NCBI RefSeq assembly: GCF_004010195.1
Contig: NC_057718.1
Location: forward strand, 61,618,136-61,682,135
Reading direction: 5' to 3'
DNA from: Chiloscyllium plagiosum
Taxonomy: Eukaryota
DNA length: 64,000 nt
The notes under the pieces are model-generated. The model was not told where the DNA came from, made no database searches, and saw only the letters and a program-made list of their open reading frames with translations. Numbering within the stretch: position 1 is the stretch's first letter; the number at the start of each line of letters is the position of its first letter. Positions 13,140 through 25,466 of this stretch are shown here, in pieces. A program made the position numbers and the translations under genes.

Positions 13140-13470
13140 AAAACAGGAGCAGGAATAGGATATCTGGCCCTTCAAGCCTTCTCTAGTATTCAGTATGATC
13201 ATAACTGATCTTCTATTCCAGTTTACACCTCACCCTTTGATGCCTATAAAATCTGAAAATGCATCCTTCTCTTTCTTGAATATATTCAGTGACATGGCCT
13301 CCCCAGCCTCCTGTGGTAGACTTCGATAGGTTCACTACCCTTTCTTCATCTCAACCTTCAATGGCCTACCCCATATCTTGAGTTTAGGTCCCGTGGTTCT
13401 AGACTCCCCAACCAACCTCTCTGTCTCAGGGCTGTCCAGTGCTGTTTGAATTTTATACATTTCAATCAGA
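13140..13470 (-). mobile_element. CR1 LINE 3' fragment
   Basis: DLIEMYKI and GESRTTG in ORF 13335-13577, followed by a CR1 3' UTR. Confidence 0.65.
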
Positions 13471-13756
13471 TCAAAGGGGCCCCTCTTACCATCCCAGTGA
13501 CTAAACACCTTCATTCCGTGACCTGACAGAAATTGATTACTGTACTGGACCTGGCTCCTCACATTGCTGCCACCCAATCCATGGAGACAGTCACGTGCCC
13601 ACAGTCTGGTGCCACAACCTCAGTCAGAACCTTTGAAGGTTCCTATGTCCAGTCTTTGACCCAGACTTTTTGTCGGATCTGATTGACATCCTCCTGCTAG
13701 CCTTCATGCCCCAGTCAACTCATAAATGGCCAAGTCTAGGAAATCAACCCAACTCG

Positions 13757-16560
13757 GAGTGTGGTGCTAGAAAAGCACAGCAGGTCAGGCAGCATCGAAG
13801 GAGCAGAGGAATCGACGTTTCAGGCCAGAGCTCTTCATCAGGAATGAGGCTGGGAGCCTATGGGGTGGAGAGATAAATGGGATGGGTTGGGGCTAGGGGG
13901 AAGGTAGCTGAGAGTGCAATAGGTGGATGGAGGTGGGGGTAATGGTGATAGGTAAGAGGGGAAGGTGGAGTGGATAGGTGGGAGGAAGATTGACAGGTGG
14001 GACAGATCATGAGGGTGGTGCTGAGCTGGAAGGTTTGAACTGGGATAAGGTGGGGAGAGGGGAAATGAGGAAACTGGTGAAATCTACATTGATGCCATGG
14101 GGTTGGAGGATCCTGAGGCAGAAGGTGAGGCATTCTTCCTCCAGGCGTCGGGTGGTAAGGGAGTGACGATGGAGGAGGCCCAGGACCTGCATGTCCTCAG
14201 CAGAGTGGGAGGGGGAGTTAAAATGTTTGGCCACAGGTGATGGGGTTGGTTGATGCAGGTGTCCCGGAGATGCTCTGCAAGTAGGCGTCCTGTCTCCCCA
14301 ATGTAGGGGAAACCACATCGGGAGCAATGGATACAGTAAATGATTTGTGTGGAAGTGCAGGTGAAACTTTGATGGATGTGGAAGGCTCCTTTGGGGCCTT
14401 GGGTGGAGGTGAGGGGGGAGGTGTGGGTGCATGGTTTTATTCTGCAGTGGCAGGTAAAGGTGCCAGGAGGGGAGGGTGGATTGTTAGGAGGCGTGGACCT
14501 GACGAGGTAGTCACAGAGGGAATGGTCTTTACACAAAGCAGATAAGGGTGGGGAGGGAAGTATATCTGTGGTGGTGCGGTCCATTTGTAGGTGGCAGAAA
14601 TGGCAAAGGATGACGTGATGTAAACAGAGGTTGATGGGTTGGAAGGTGAGGACCAGGGGGGTTCAGTTCTTATTGCTGTTAGAGGGGTGGGATTTGTGAG
14701 AGGAAGTGCAAGAAGTGGATGAGATGCGCTGGAGGGCAGCATCAACCATGTGGGAGATGGAACTGTGGTCTTTTAAGAAAAAGGCCATCTGGCATGTTCT
14801 GTGGTAGAACTAGTCCTCTTGGGAGCAGATGCAATGGAGGCGGAGGAATTGGGAATATGGGATGGCATTTTTGCAGGAGGCAGGATGGGAGGAGGTGTAA
14901 TCTAGGTAGCTGTGATAGTCGGTGGGTTTGTAGAAAATGTCAGTGTTGAGTCAGTCACCGTTGATGGAGATGGAGAGGTCCAGGAAGTGAAGAGAGGTGT
15001 CAGAGATAGTCCAGGTGATGTTAAGGTCAGGGTGGAATGTGTTGGTGAAGTTGATGAACTGTTCAACCTCCTCGTGGGAGCATGGGGTGGCATCGATGCA
15101 GTCATCAATGTAGCAGAGGAAAAGATGGGGAGTGGTGCCAGTGTAATTGCGGAAGATAGACTGTTCCACGTCGCCGGCAAAGAGACAGGCATTGCTGGGG
15201 CCCATGCGGGTGCCCATGGCTACCCCTGTCATCTAGAGGAAGTGATAGGATTCAAAGGAGAAATTGTTGAGGGTGACGACCAGTTCAGCCAACACATTCC
15301 ACCCCGACCTTAACATCTATCTCTGACACCTCTCTCCCCTTCCTGGACCTCTCCATCTCCATCAACAGTGATTGACTCATCACTGACATTCTCTGCAAAC
15401 CCACCGACTCCCACAGCTACCTGGATTACACCTCCTTCCACCTTGCCTCCTGAAAAAACACTATCCCTTATGCCCAATTCCTCCGCCTCCGCCGCATCTG
15501 CTCCGAGGAGGACCAGATACACCATAGAACACGTTAGATGGCCACCTTCTTTAAAGACCACAATTTCCCCTCCCACGTGGTTGATTATGCCCTCCAGCAC
15601 ATCTCATCCACTTCCCACACCTCCGCCCTCAAACCCCACCCTTCCAACCGCAACAAGGACAGAATCCCCCGGTCCTCACCTCCCACCCCACAATCCTCCG
15701 CCATTACCACCATCTACAAATGGACCCCACCCTTATCCACTTTCTGTAAAGGCCGTTCCCTCCGCAATTACCTCGCCAGGTCCACATCCCCGAACAACCT
15801 ACCCTCCACTCCTGACACCTTCCCCTGCCACTGCAGGAATTGCAAAACCTGCACCCACATCTCCACTCTCACCTCTGTCCAAGGCTCCAAAGTAGCCTTC
15901 CACATCCATCAAAGTTTCACCTGCAATTCCACACCTGTCATTTATTGTATCCATTGCTCCTGATGCAGTCTCCTGTACATTGGGGAGACAGGACGCCTTC
16001 TTGCAAAGCAATTTAGGGAACATCTCTGGGACACCTGCACCAACAAACCTCACCGACCCGTGGCCAAACACTTCAACTCCCCCTCCCACTCCGCTGAGGA
16101 CATGCAGGTCCTGGGCCTTCTCCATCGCCACTCCCTAACCACCCGTTGCTTGGAGGAAGAATGCCTCATCTTCCACCTCGGGATCAATGTGGATTTCACC
16201 AGTTTCCTCATTTCCCCTCTCCCCACCATGTCCCAGTTCCAAACTTCCAGCTTAGCTCCGCCCTCATGGTTGTCCCACCTGTCCATCTTCCTTCTCACCT
16301 ATCCACTCCACCCTCCCCTCTTACCTATCACCATTACACCCACCTCCATCCACCTATTGCACTCTCAGCTATCTTACCCCTAGCCCCACCCCCTCCCATT
16401 TATCTCTCCACCCCCAAGACTCCCAGCCTCATTCCTGATGAAGGGCTTCTGCCCAAAACATTGATTCTCCTTCTCCTTGGATGCTGCCTGACCAGCTGTG
16501 CTTTTCCAGCACCATACCTTCAACTTTAATCTCCAGCATCTGCAGTCCTCACTTTCGCCT
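13757..16560. mobile_element. Neptune-like PLE palindrome: minus arm (about 13757-15288) and plus arm (about 15289-16560)
   Basis: Minus arm encodes GVAMGTRMGPS..YIDDCI and IIYCIHCSRCGFPYIGETG. Plus arm encodes the same thumb and GIY-YIG region (CHCRNCKTC..VIYCIHCS). Both arms end outward in hammerhead-bearing pLTRs. Confidence 0.88.
13811..13845 (-). ncRNA. Minimal hammerhead motif in PLE pLTR
   Basis: Reverse complement reads attc-CTGATGA-agagctctggcct-GAAACGTC-gatt. Core intact, stem II mutated. Confidence 0.55.
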
Positions 16561-17094
16561 ACTCAACATTTGTACTCAGCAGGGGCCTGTTCTTAAGCTG
16601 TTTCTTCTTCCTGTAGTTGATGGTCTGTGCTGTTCGCTCCAGAATGTGACCCTTAGCCTATTCTGCATAAATTACACCTTGAGATAAGTGTCTCTGAGTT
16701 GCTGGAGGGTGAGGTGGGACACCTTGATGATGCTTCCTCTGAAGATCCTGACTGCTTCTCCTCTGGAAAGTGATGTGTGAGACTAGGAGAAAGGAGACTG
16801 GGGGAATTGGCTCTGCATTGTCCTCAATAGGCCTGCAATTAAGACCCCAAGGTTGCAGAAAAATATTAAAAAGATGTGTTCATTGGGCAACCCTTACCAA
16901 TGGTTACATTACAGCTTTGGTGCTTGATGTGAGATGCTGTTTGGAGCATTCTCACGCGACAGCTGGACATATCCCATTTCACCTCATGCACAGGGTTCTC
17001 AGGCCAGCCAGCTCTTCAAAGGTGATGAGAACCTAGAATTCAGGCATTCTGCTCCCTGTCATGGTACACTCCCCCTGGTACTGCAGGTTATTGG

Positions 17095-18271
17095 CCGTAA
17101 TTACACCGACACCACTCCCCACCTCTTCCTCCGCTACATTGATGACTGCATTGGCGCCACCTCGTGCTCCCGCGAGGAGGTTGAGCAATTCATCAACTTC
17201 ACCAACACATTCCACCCTGACCTTACGTTTACCTGGACCATCTCTGACACCTCCCTCCCCTTCCTGCACCTCTCCATCTCCATTAATGATGACCGACACT
17301 GACATTTTTTACAAACCCACCGACTCCCACAGCTACCTGGATTACACCTCTTCCCACCCTACCTCTTGCAAAAAAGCCATCCCAATGTATTCCCAATTCC
17401 TCCGCCTCCATTGCATCTGCTCCCAGGAGGACTAGTTCCACCACAGAACACACCAGATGGCCTCCTTCTTTAGAGACCGCAATTTCCCTTCCCACGTGGT
17501 TAAAAATTCCCTCCAAAGCATCTCGTCTACATCCCGCACCTCCGCCCTCAGACCCCACCCTTCCAACCGTAACAAGGACAGAACGCCCCTGGTGCTCACC
17601 TTCCACCCTACCAACCTTCGCATAAACCAAAACATCCACCGACATTTCCGCCACCTCCAAACAGACCCCACCACCAGGGATATATTTCCCTCCCCACCCC
17701 TTTCCGCCTTCCGCAAAGACCATTCCCTCCGTGACTACCTGGTCAGGTCCACGCCCCCCTACGACCCACCCTCCCATCCTGGCACTTACCCCTGCCACCG
17801 CAGGAACTGTAAAACCTGCACCCACACCTCCTCCCTCACCTCTATCCAAGGCCACAAAGGAGCTTTCCACATCCATCAAAGTGTTACCTGCACATCCTCC
17901 AATATCATTTATTGTATCCGTTGCTCCCCATGCGGTCTCCTCTACANNNNNNNNNNNNNNNNNNNNNNNNNNNNNNNNNNNNNNNNNNNNNNNNNNNNNN
18001 NNNNNNNNNNNNNCTCCACCCTCTCTTCCCTGACCTATCACCTTCAACCCCTCCCCCACTCACCCATTGTACTCTATGCTACTTTCTCCCCACCCCTACC
18101 CTCCTCTAGCTTATCTCTCCACGCTCCAGGCTCACTGCCTTTATTCCTGATGAAAGGCTTTTGCCCGAAATGTTGATTTCGAAGCTCCTTGGATGCTGCC
18201 TGAACTGCTGTGCTCTTCCAGCACCACTAATCCAGAATCTGGTTTCCAGCATCTGCAGTCATTATTTTTAC
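17095..18271 (+). mobile_element. 5'-truncated Neptune-like PLE with 14 bp TSD (contains an assembly gap)
   Basis: CTGCAGGTTATTGG at 17081-17094 and 18272-18285. Encodes FLRYIDDCIG, FYKPTDSHSYLDY and CHRRNCKTC..IIYCIRCSPCGLLY. Hammerhead-like CTGATGA..GAAATGTT near 18147. Confidence 0.92.
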
Positions 18272-21200
18272 CTGCAGGTTATTGGTCAACACAAGGCCTG
18301 GCAAGGAAGGCAGAATTTCCTTCCTGCCTCGAAACAAAATTTGGAATTTTGCCCATGCATGCAGATGTGGTGAATTCCAAAGAACATAATTGCGCAAGAA
18401 AATCTGTTCCTTAGCAGAATTACATGCGTTTTGGGGGGGTTTGCCAAGACACTTATCCTCAGAAGACAAAATTGAAGCCAGTTCCAGCAACACTGATCTT
18501 CTCCATCAGCTAGAGAGCTAGTGGGAGTCTGTTGGAGACTCAACCCAATTGAATTGCACAGGTATTTACTTGGATGAGTCGGACCTCCAGAGCTGGTAAG
18601 GGGCCTCCAGATGGCAGCCATTGTTGGCCCTTTACCAGCTCCAGTGGTTGCTGCTGGTAATATCCAGAGGCTTGCCCAGAGTTTTGACTGGCGCAGACTT
18701 TATGAGCCAAAGGCCCTTTCTCTATGCTATAGACTTCTCGGCCTCTAGGATCATCATTAGATTGTACATGGGCATAGTTCCTGCATGACTATCTGGCTTC
18801 ATAAGATACCCTTATGTGTGCTCTGTCAAATCCCTGAACAGCCACCCAGTTCCTTTGGCGGCAGGCTAGACATGGCTTTAACCCATTTATGAGCCTAATA
18901 GACATTCTACTTTTCACATTGGGACTTTCCAATTTTTGACTGAGTTTTCCCAAATCTAGAAATCAGGCACAGATCCTGCCTGATCCCTTGACCCACTTAT
19001 TGCCACCTTCATTCTGCCAAGCTATCCCAAATTCAGTTCAATGCTTTTTCATTACATAACTAAAAAAAATCTGTTCATTATGAAACTGTGCAATTAAAGA
19101 AGCTTATGAAACATAAAATGCTTTTCATTGGTAGTAATTTGTCATTTAAGTGAATGAATGAAGTGCAATAAGGTCCTACTGAACGTGGTTAGGTTTACAA
19201 GTCCAGCTGATTGAAGAATAAAGGATTGCTGTTACAAAAACCCATAGATATTCTCACCTAAAATGAACAACCTGCTCCTTATTGCTGCATTGTTGCAACT
19301 TGGGATGTTCTTGCAATGATATCAACAAATTGGTTTACATTACGTTTTGGGGGGTGGAGTGTTTGACAAAGCCAAGCAGAGAGACAGAAATCGATTGTGT
19401 ACTGTCAGCTGATGAAGTTGCCAAGTTGACCGTATGTCATTTTGTCCCAGTCTTCATGCAAGAGTGGTCATGCACTAGAAATCCAAAAAACTGCATCTTC
19501 GACGTGGACTTTGGACCTGGTAAAGTTGCTTTAAGCCACAGACATGTGACGATTCAGGGGGACAGGTTAAATACCTTGGCTAAAATAGTCTTCTTGAGTT
19601 ATCAGAAAAAGTAGGTGGAATATGTAATTTTAAAATTCAATTAAACAATGTTTGTAAATATTTATTTTTTTGCAAGAATGTGATCAAAGCTCAAACCATC
19701 CCTTGTGTCTTCACTTTCAACCTCACTCAAATTCCTTTTGTTTTTTTTTGCCTTGGTATGCACTTTTCTTTTTTGCTTTGTTAAATATTTGAGGACATCT
19801 GTCATGTGTGATGAACGTTGTGGAAATATAAAGTTATTGTTGATTGCGCAGACAATGTAAATTTGAATGTGTGGTTCAATTTGAGCTCCTGTAATTGTAC
19901 TCCATTTTGTGCACTTCATCATTAAGAATCTAAGCAAATGTGGAAAAATTCATGGCCAGTGGCCCTCATATCAGAAGCTAGAGCCCACGAAATGATTAAT
20001 CTGTTATTTCCTTATAGGATTTCCTTTATCCATCACTCTGATTTTTTAAAGTGCCCTATATTTTATCAACTGGTTAAAGGCAAGTGCAGCTCTCATAGTT
20101 CTCTGATAAATTCAGAGAAATTAGATCTGTGATGCCAGCTTTATTGATTGCTATTTGTTCTTCACTGAACAACCCTACAATCAGGAAAAGGCTAAGAATT
20201 GTCATTTGATCTCTTGGAATTATACCACAGTTGTGCGAGAAATTGTGACCTGCTTTCTATAAAAGATACATTGTGGCTTAATGTAGCACTGATAAAATCC
20301 CTCCTTCGGCTTATTTACAAGATGGTAATTTAAAGCATATTCAGTGTTGCAAGGGGAATGGCAGCTGAGAATGATAGGGAAATAACAATAGTCTGCTCTA
20401 ATGCTGAATCGAAAGATGCAAAGAAAGATCTGTAAATGTGAGGCACTAACTATTGCAATGGCCACTCAATCAATCTGTTTCCCAAAACAGTATTTTCAAA
20501 AGGGACAACTGCCTGATGAAAGCCAGCCTAATTGTTTAACGCTTTTAGTTTGAATTAAACTTTGCACCTCCGCTGACAGTGATGAATTAAATGGGCTCCT
20601 TTTTCAATACAGTAATCCTCTTTAAACAGTGACCGAAAGGTACATCCCCCCCCTTCCTCTCTGCATCAGAAGCTCAAACTAACCCAGAGTGTAAACCAGC
20701 ATAATTTGTCATTGAAGCTCATGCCAATTAAATTGATTGTGTTGAACAGAACTTGAAGATCTCAGCTGCAAAGACCGTGGAAAATGGTCTTTTGTTTACA
20801 GTCTATTCCTAGGTGTGAAGCTAAGACATGACTCAGCCCTGAAAGATGCTTTAGATATAGGTTTAACTTGCAAAGACAGTTACAGCATAATCAAACCGTC
20901 GATCTGTCCAAAGCTTGCAGTGTGGATTTGCGCAAAGCGCCTTAATCCAGTTTAGACGGAAATTAGAATTACATTAAAATAAGTGATTACAGTAAATAGC
21001 ACATATAAAACCAGGGTGTGAAGTACTGTCCCTGGGGGTCACACAACATTGCTTAAAATTCGGTGCACATTACTCATTAAATCGCGCTATATATTTGGAA
21101 ACCCAAAAAGTAACTGTGGACATCTTAAAGCTTTCTCCTGAGTCGAACATTCTTCAACTTTCACAAAGGCCAAAACTGAGAAATCAAGACCACAAGAATT

Positions 21201-22269
21201 TAACCTAAGGCTCAGTTGCAGATCTTTCTGTTCCTGATACAAAAATAATTCATACAGTATATGTTCACACTATTTCTCAAACAAGGCAGCAGTGTTGAAG
21301 CTCTGGACCAATCAATAGTGTTGAAGAATCAAAAGTTCTTATAAGTAGTTTTTTTTAGCCCCTGCTTTTAAATGCTGTCAGACATCTGCCAGTATATCCA
21401 TGGAGACACATTCAAGAACTCTTTCATCATTTCCATTAAAGTCCTCTCAGATGTCTGCAGTGGAGTTCTTGTTATGTACTTCTCTGAACTGAGCAGTGAA
21501 CTGCGCAGGAAATCCAGAAATTCTGCAGACTGATTACTGGCTAAATCAGTAAAATTTTATGGACAAAATAGTACTTAGAAGACCTTTGCCAATTAGGAAT
21601 TATATCTTTGAGCACATCTCCGTCGGTTCAAATAATTTGGCACCTAATTTACCTGAATGTATCTTTAAATGAAAAGGAAATGAATTCAATAGATGCTGTT
21701 TGCTTAACTTTATATGATGGATTTTAATCCTAAACTGGCACTTGCACAGAAGAGAGAAACTTTATTTTATTCATGAGTTTTATTTGTACACTTTGCTTTC
21801 AATCATTTGCAAGAAGTGGATGTCACTGGAAAAATCAGCATTTATTGCCCATCTCTAATTACCCTTGAGAAGATAGTGGTTAACCACTTCCTAGACAATT
21901 GAGAGGCTGGTTAGGGTTTTCAGAGAATGATTAAGAGTCAACCACATTGCCATGTGCCGAGAATCACAGACAAACCAGACCAGGTCAGGTCCTTGCCTTC
22001 AGAACCTTACTCAATAGTTGGGATTTTGTGACAAGTCAATAGTAGCATAGTCATACAAATATTACTATTTTTTCATTCTAGGTTTATTTAATTCATTGAA
22101 TTTAAAATTCTAAGTCGTCTTGGTGTTACTGTATTCAGATCTCTGGATCATTAGTCCAGGATCCTAAATTACTAACCCATTAACATAACTAGGTAACTGT
22201 TTCCATATTTTATTCTTCTTTATAAGAAATACTTTAATTGAGAATTTTTAAGAATGCCATACTTGATTT

Positions 22270-22990
22270 AACTTACTCACTCAGACTTCAGAAAGATTAC
22301 AACTGACTGGAAACTGTAAACATAACAACTCTTTTTGAAAAAGGAAGAAGGCAATAAAAAGGAAACGTTAATATTTGTCACCAGAAATAAAATTAGAATT
22401 CATTATAAAAAGTAATAGTAGGGAAGACACAAAACATTCAAATAGAGTCAACATTTATGAAAGGAAAATTGTGTTTGAAAACGTGATTAGAGTACTTTGA
22501 GGATGTAATAAATAGGGTAGATGAAGGCAAATCAGTGGATGCAGTTTATTTGGATTACCGAGAAATATCCAATAAGCTGCTACATGAAAGATCAATACAT
22601 AATGAAAATACTTATGATTTTAGGATGGAGACAAAAAAAACTGCAGATGCTGGAATCCAAGGTAGACAGGCAGGAGGCTGGAAGAACACAGCAAGTCAGG
22701 CAGCATCAGGAGGTGGAGAAGTCAATGTTTTGGGTGTAACCCTTCTTCAGGACCTATGGTTTTAGGATAGCATTGTGGCATGGAAAGGCTTGGCTAACTA
22801 ACCGGAAACAGGAAGTGAGAATAAATGGGTATTTTTTAAATTGGCGAACTGTAGCTAGTGGTATTCCACAGAGATCAGTGTTAAAGCATCAACTTGTTAC
22901 AAGTTATATTAATGATTTAGACAAAGGGACAGAGAGCACAAGGCCAGATTTTCTGATGATACAAAGGTAAGTGAGCAAGCAAGTTGTGAG
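22270..22990 (+). mobile_element. Decayed CR1 RT fragment interrupted by a PLE mini-insertion
   Basis: MDAVYLDY and WLTNRKQEVRINGYFLNWRTVASGIPQRSVL..YINDLD motifs. Confidence 0.8.
22627..22754 (-). mobile_element. Solo PLE pLTR-tail mini-insertion, 14 bp TSD with 1 mismatch
   Basis: TATGATTTTAGGAT at 22613-22626 versus TATGGTTTTAGGAT at 22755-22768. Reverse complement starts g-gtc-CTGAAGA-agggttacaccc-AAAACATT-gac. Confidence 0.8.
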
Positions 22991-23885
22991 AAAGGCACAA
23001 TCATTTGATTTTCACAAGGTTGTGAATACTCTCCACCTTCTTCAAAATGGCACCAGGAGGTACAGTCTGGAAACTTTGTCCCCATGGCCATCAGAAAGTA
23101 TTTTCATAAAGAGGCGAGAGGGTCAACACACAAGATGTGATTCATATACAGGAGACCCAGACCTACAGGGCCATTTGAAATCAGTTTAAAGTTCCAACAA
23201 ACTTCATTTTTGCTGGAATGGTGTACATTTGCCTCAGTGTGTGCCTTATAATTTTCCAGAGAAATGTAAATGTGTATAAAATATGGATACAATATATGGA
23301 ATCTTCAAGCTGCCAAGTTATCCCTGCACTTTAACTTTTGGAAAAAAATACTGTCTCCAATTGGAAAAGATCAGTGCTTGAATCTTCAATAGATGGTTGT
23401 CAACATAAGCCTGAGGGTTAATCATTGCCATGTAATTATGGTTTGCCTGCTTCCACAACCTTTATTGTCACTGAGGGAGGATAAATTTGCAGTTTGATTA
23501 ACAGTTCCAAGAGGTTAGTTATTGAGGGATTAGTTTTCTTTGCTGTGGGTCATGAATACAAATGTTTCATTTTATAAGGGATTAAGTATTTAAAAGAATT
23601 CATATGTATTGAGCAGATTTTTATCAATGAAAGTTTTCTCTTAATATAACAATGTTTATATATAACACGTAGATCTTTGCTTTATTTCATCTCATCATGG
23701 CATGGCATGATTGATACTTGGTGGTATGTAGAATGAAAAGACAAATGATGGAGAGTAGGTCATTGGTTGGCATGAGTGAACATAAATTAGCATAGAGCTA
23801 TAAGGGGTTTATAGGGATGAATATGGGGATCATATGTTAACATGGGTTATGACATTGGGACTATAAAGAACCATGGGAATGAGGA

Positions 23886-24065
23886 GAAAGTGAGGACTGC
23901 AGATGCTGGAGATCAGAACTGAAAATGTGTTGCTAGAAAAATGCCCTTCTTCAGGAAGGGCTGATGCCCAAAGAAGGGCTGGAGAAGGGCTCATGCCCGA
24001 AACGTCGATTCTCCTGCTCCTTGGATGCTGCCTGACCTGCTGCGCTTTTCCAGCAACACATTTTC
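23886..24065. mobile_element. Fold-back PLE pLTR mini-element, 17 bp TSD
   Basis: AACCATGGGAATGAGGA at 23869-23885 and 24066-24082. Two inverted pLTR pieces join at the hammerhead. Confidence 0.85.
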
Positions 24066-24224
24066 AACCATGGGAATGAGGACAGGCACATGTATTGGCA
24101 TCAAATGTAATAGAGTCCATGGAAGTTGATAAAAGGACATAGGTTGACACAGAGAGCATGAAGAGCCAATGGATGGGTAGAAAGACACGTTAATACATTA
24201 TAGAGATAATATGGAGAGTGTTAC

Positions 24225-24748
24225 ATTTTGAATGAGATGTTAAGCAAAGACCCCATCTGCAAGTTCAGGTAGCTGTGAAAATCCTACAGCTTTATACTGA
24301 ATTAGAGTAGGAAGTTCTCCCTGGTATAATAAAAGCAAAATATTACAAATGCTGGAAATGATAAATAAATTACAGGAAACACTGCAGAAACTCAGCAGGT
24401 CCAGCAATATCTGTGGAGAGAAAGAGAGTCAATGTTTTGAATTCAACATGACTCAATACTCCCATCAAATGCAAAACATTGACTCTATTTCTCTCTCCAT
24501 AGACGCTGTCAAACCTGCAAAGTTTCTCCAGCGATTTCTGTTTTAATTTGAGTTTGTTCTGGGGACCTGACTAATGTTTATCCTTCAATCAATATCATCA
24601 AATAAGCAATCTGATTATTATCACACTGCAGTTTTGTGTAATGTTGATGTATGCATGTTGGCTGTTCTGGGGATTCCTACACTACAGCAGAGACTTCATG
24701 ACAGTGGCTGTACAGTGAGCTTGAAAACAGCTACATAAATGCAAGTTA
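24225..24748 (+). mobile_element. Deu-domain SINE (SacSINE1-like), split by a fold-back element
   Basis: Degenerate Deu core (TTTATCCTTCAATCAATATCA..ATTATCACACTGC..TTGGCTG..TTCCTACACTACAGCAG) and 3' end CTACATAAATGCAAG. Confidence 0.6.
24331..24550. mobile_element. Older fold-back pLTR-derived element (third family)
   Basis: Inverted arms CTCAGCAGGTCCAGCAATATCTGTGGAGAGAAAGAGAGTCAATGTTTTG and CAAAACATTGACTCTATTTCTCTCTCCATAGACGCTG. Related copies at about 26620-26815, 30037-31068 and 60291-60465. Confidence 0.65.
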
Positions 24749-24751
24749 GTG

Positions 24752-25361
24752 AGTTTTAAGAAGATTTGTAGATCATGTAGATTTGAGTTTCTGGATATAG
24801 GTTTGCTCACTGAGCTGGAAGGTTCATTTTCAGCTGTTTCATCACCATACTAAGTAATTAGATTAGATTACTTACAGTGTGGAAACAGGCCCTTCGGCCC
24901 AACAAGTCCACACTGACCTGCCAAAGCACATCCCACCCAGACCCATTCCCCTACATTTACCCCTTCATCCAACACTTCAGGCAATTTAGCATGGCCAATT
25001 CACCTAACCTGCACATTTTTGGACTGTGGAAGGAAACCGGAGCACCCTGAGGAAACCCACGCAGACACCTGCTGTGCAAACTCCACACAAACAGTCGCCT
25101 GAGGCCTTTGGATGAAGCACTGGTGGTATAACTCGCTTTCTATTTATACGTTTGGGTTTCCTTGGGTTTGTGATATCATTTCCTGTGGTGACATCATTTC
25201 CTATGTTGATGTCATTTCCTGTTTTTTTCTCTGGGAGGTGGTAAATGTGATCCAAGTCAATGTGTTTGTTGATAGAGTTCCAGTTGGAATGCCATGCTTC
25301 TAGGAATTCTCATGCGTGTCTCTGTTTGGCTTTCCTAGGATGGATGTGTTGTCCCAGTTGA
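24752..25361 (-). mobile_element. Poseidon-like PLE 3' end interrupted by an HE1 SINE
   Basis: Minus strand reads WDNTSILG, KQRHA*EFLEAWHSNWNSINKHIDLDHIY. Homologous to 38045-38522 and contains an 18 bp x3 tandem (GNDVTT-like). Confidence 0.8.
24858..25105 (-). mobile_element. HE1-like SINE, 5'-truncated
   Basis: V-domain and (TCTAA)n tail present, tRNA head absent. Near-identical to part of 58605-58920. Confidence 0.88.
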
Positions 25362-25364
25362 TTG

Positions 25365-25466
25365 AGAAATGTCGATTCTCCTGCTCCTTGGATGCTGCCT
25401 GACCGGCTGCGCTTTTCCAGCCACACATTTTTCAGCTCTGATCTCCAGCATTTGCAGTCCTCACTT
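25365..25466 (+). mobile_element. PLE pLTR tail starting at the GAAA of the hammerhead
   Basis: GAAATGTCGATTCTCCTGCTCCTTGGATGCTGCC..CCAGCATTTGCAGTCCTCACTT; same family as 56814-57724. Confidence 0.8.

Noticed and set aside
13745..16570. TSD for the large PLE palindrome (CCAACTC versus CCTACTC)
   Set aside because: Too short and mismatched to distinguish from chance.
20812..20859. 48 nt candidate exon (GVKLRHDSALKDALDI)
   Set aside because: Weak donor (GTTTAA) and no recognisable protein similarity.
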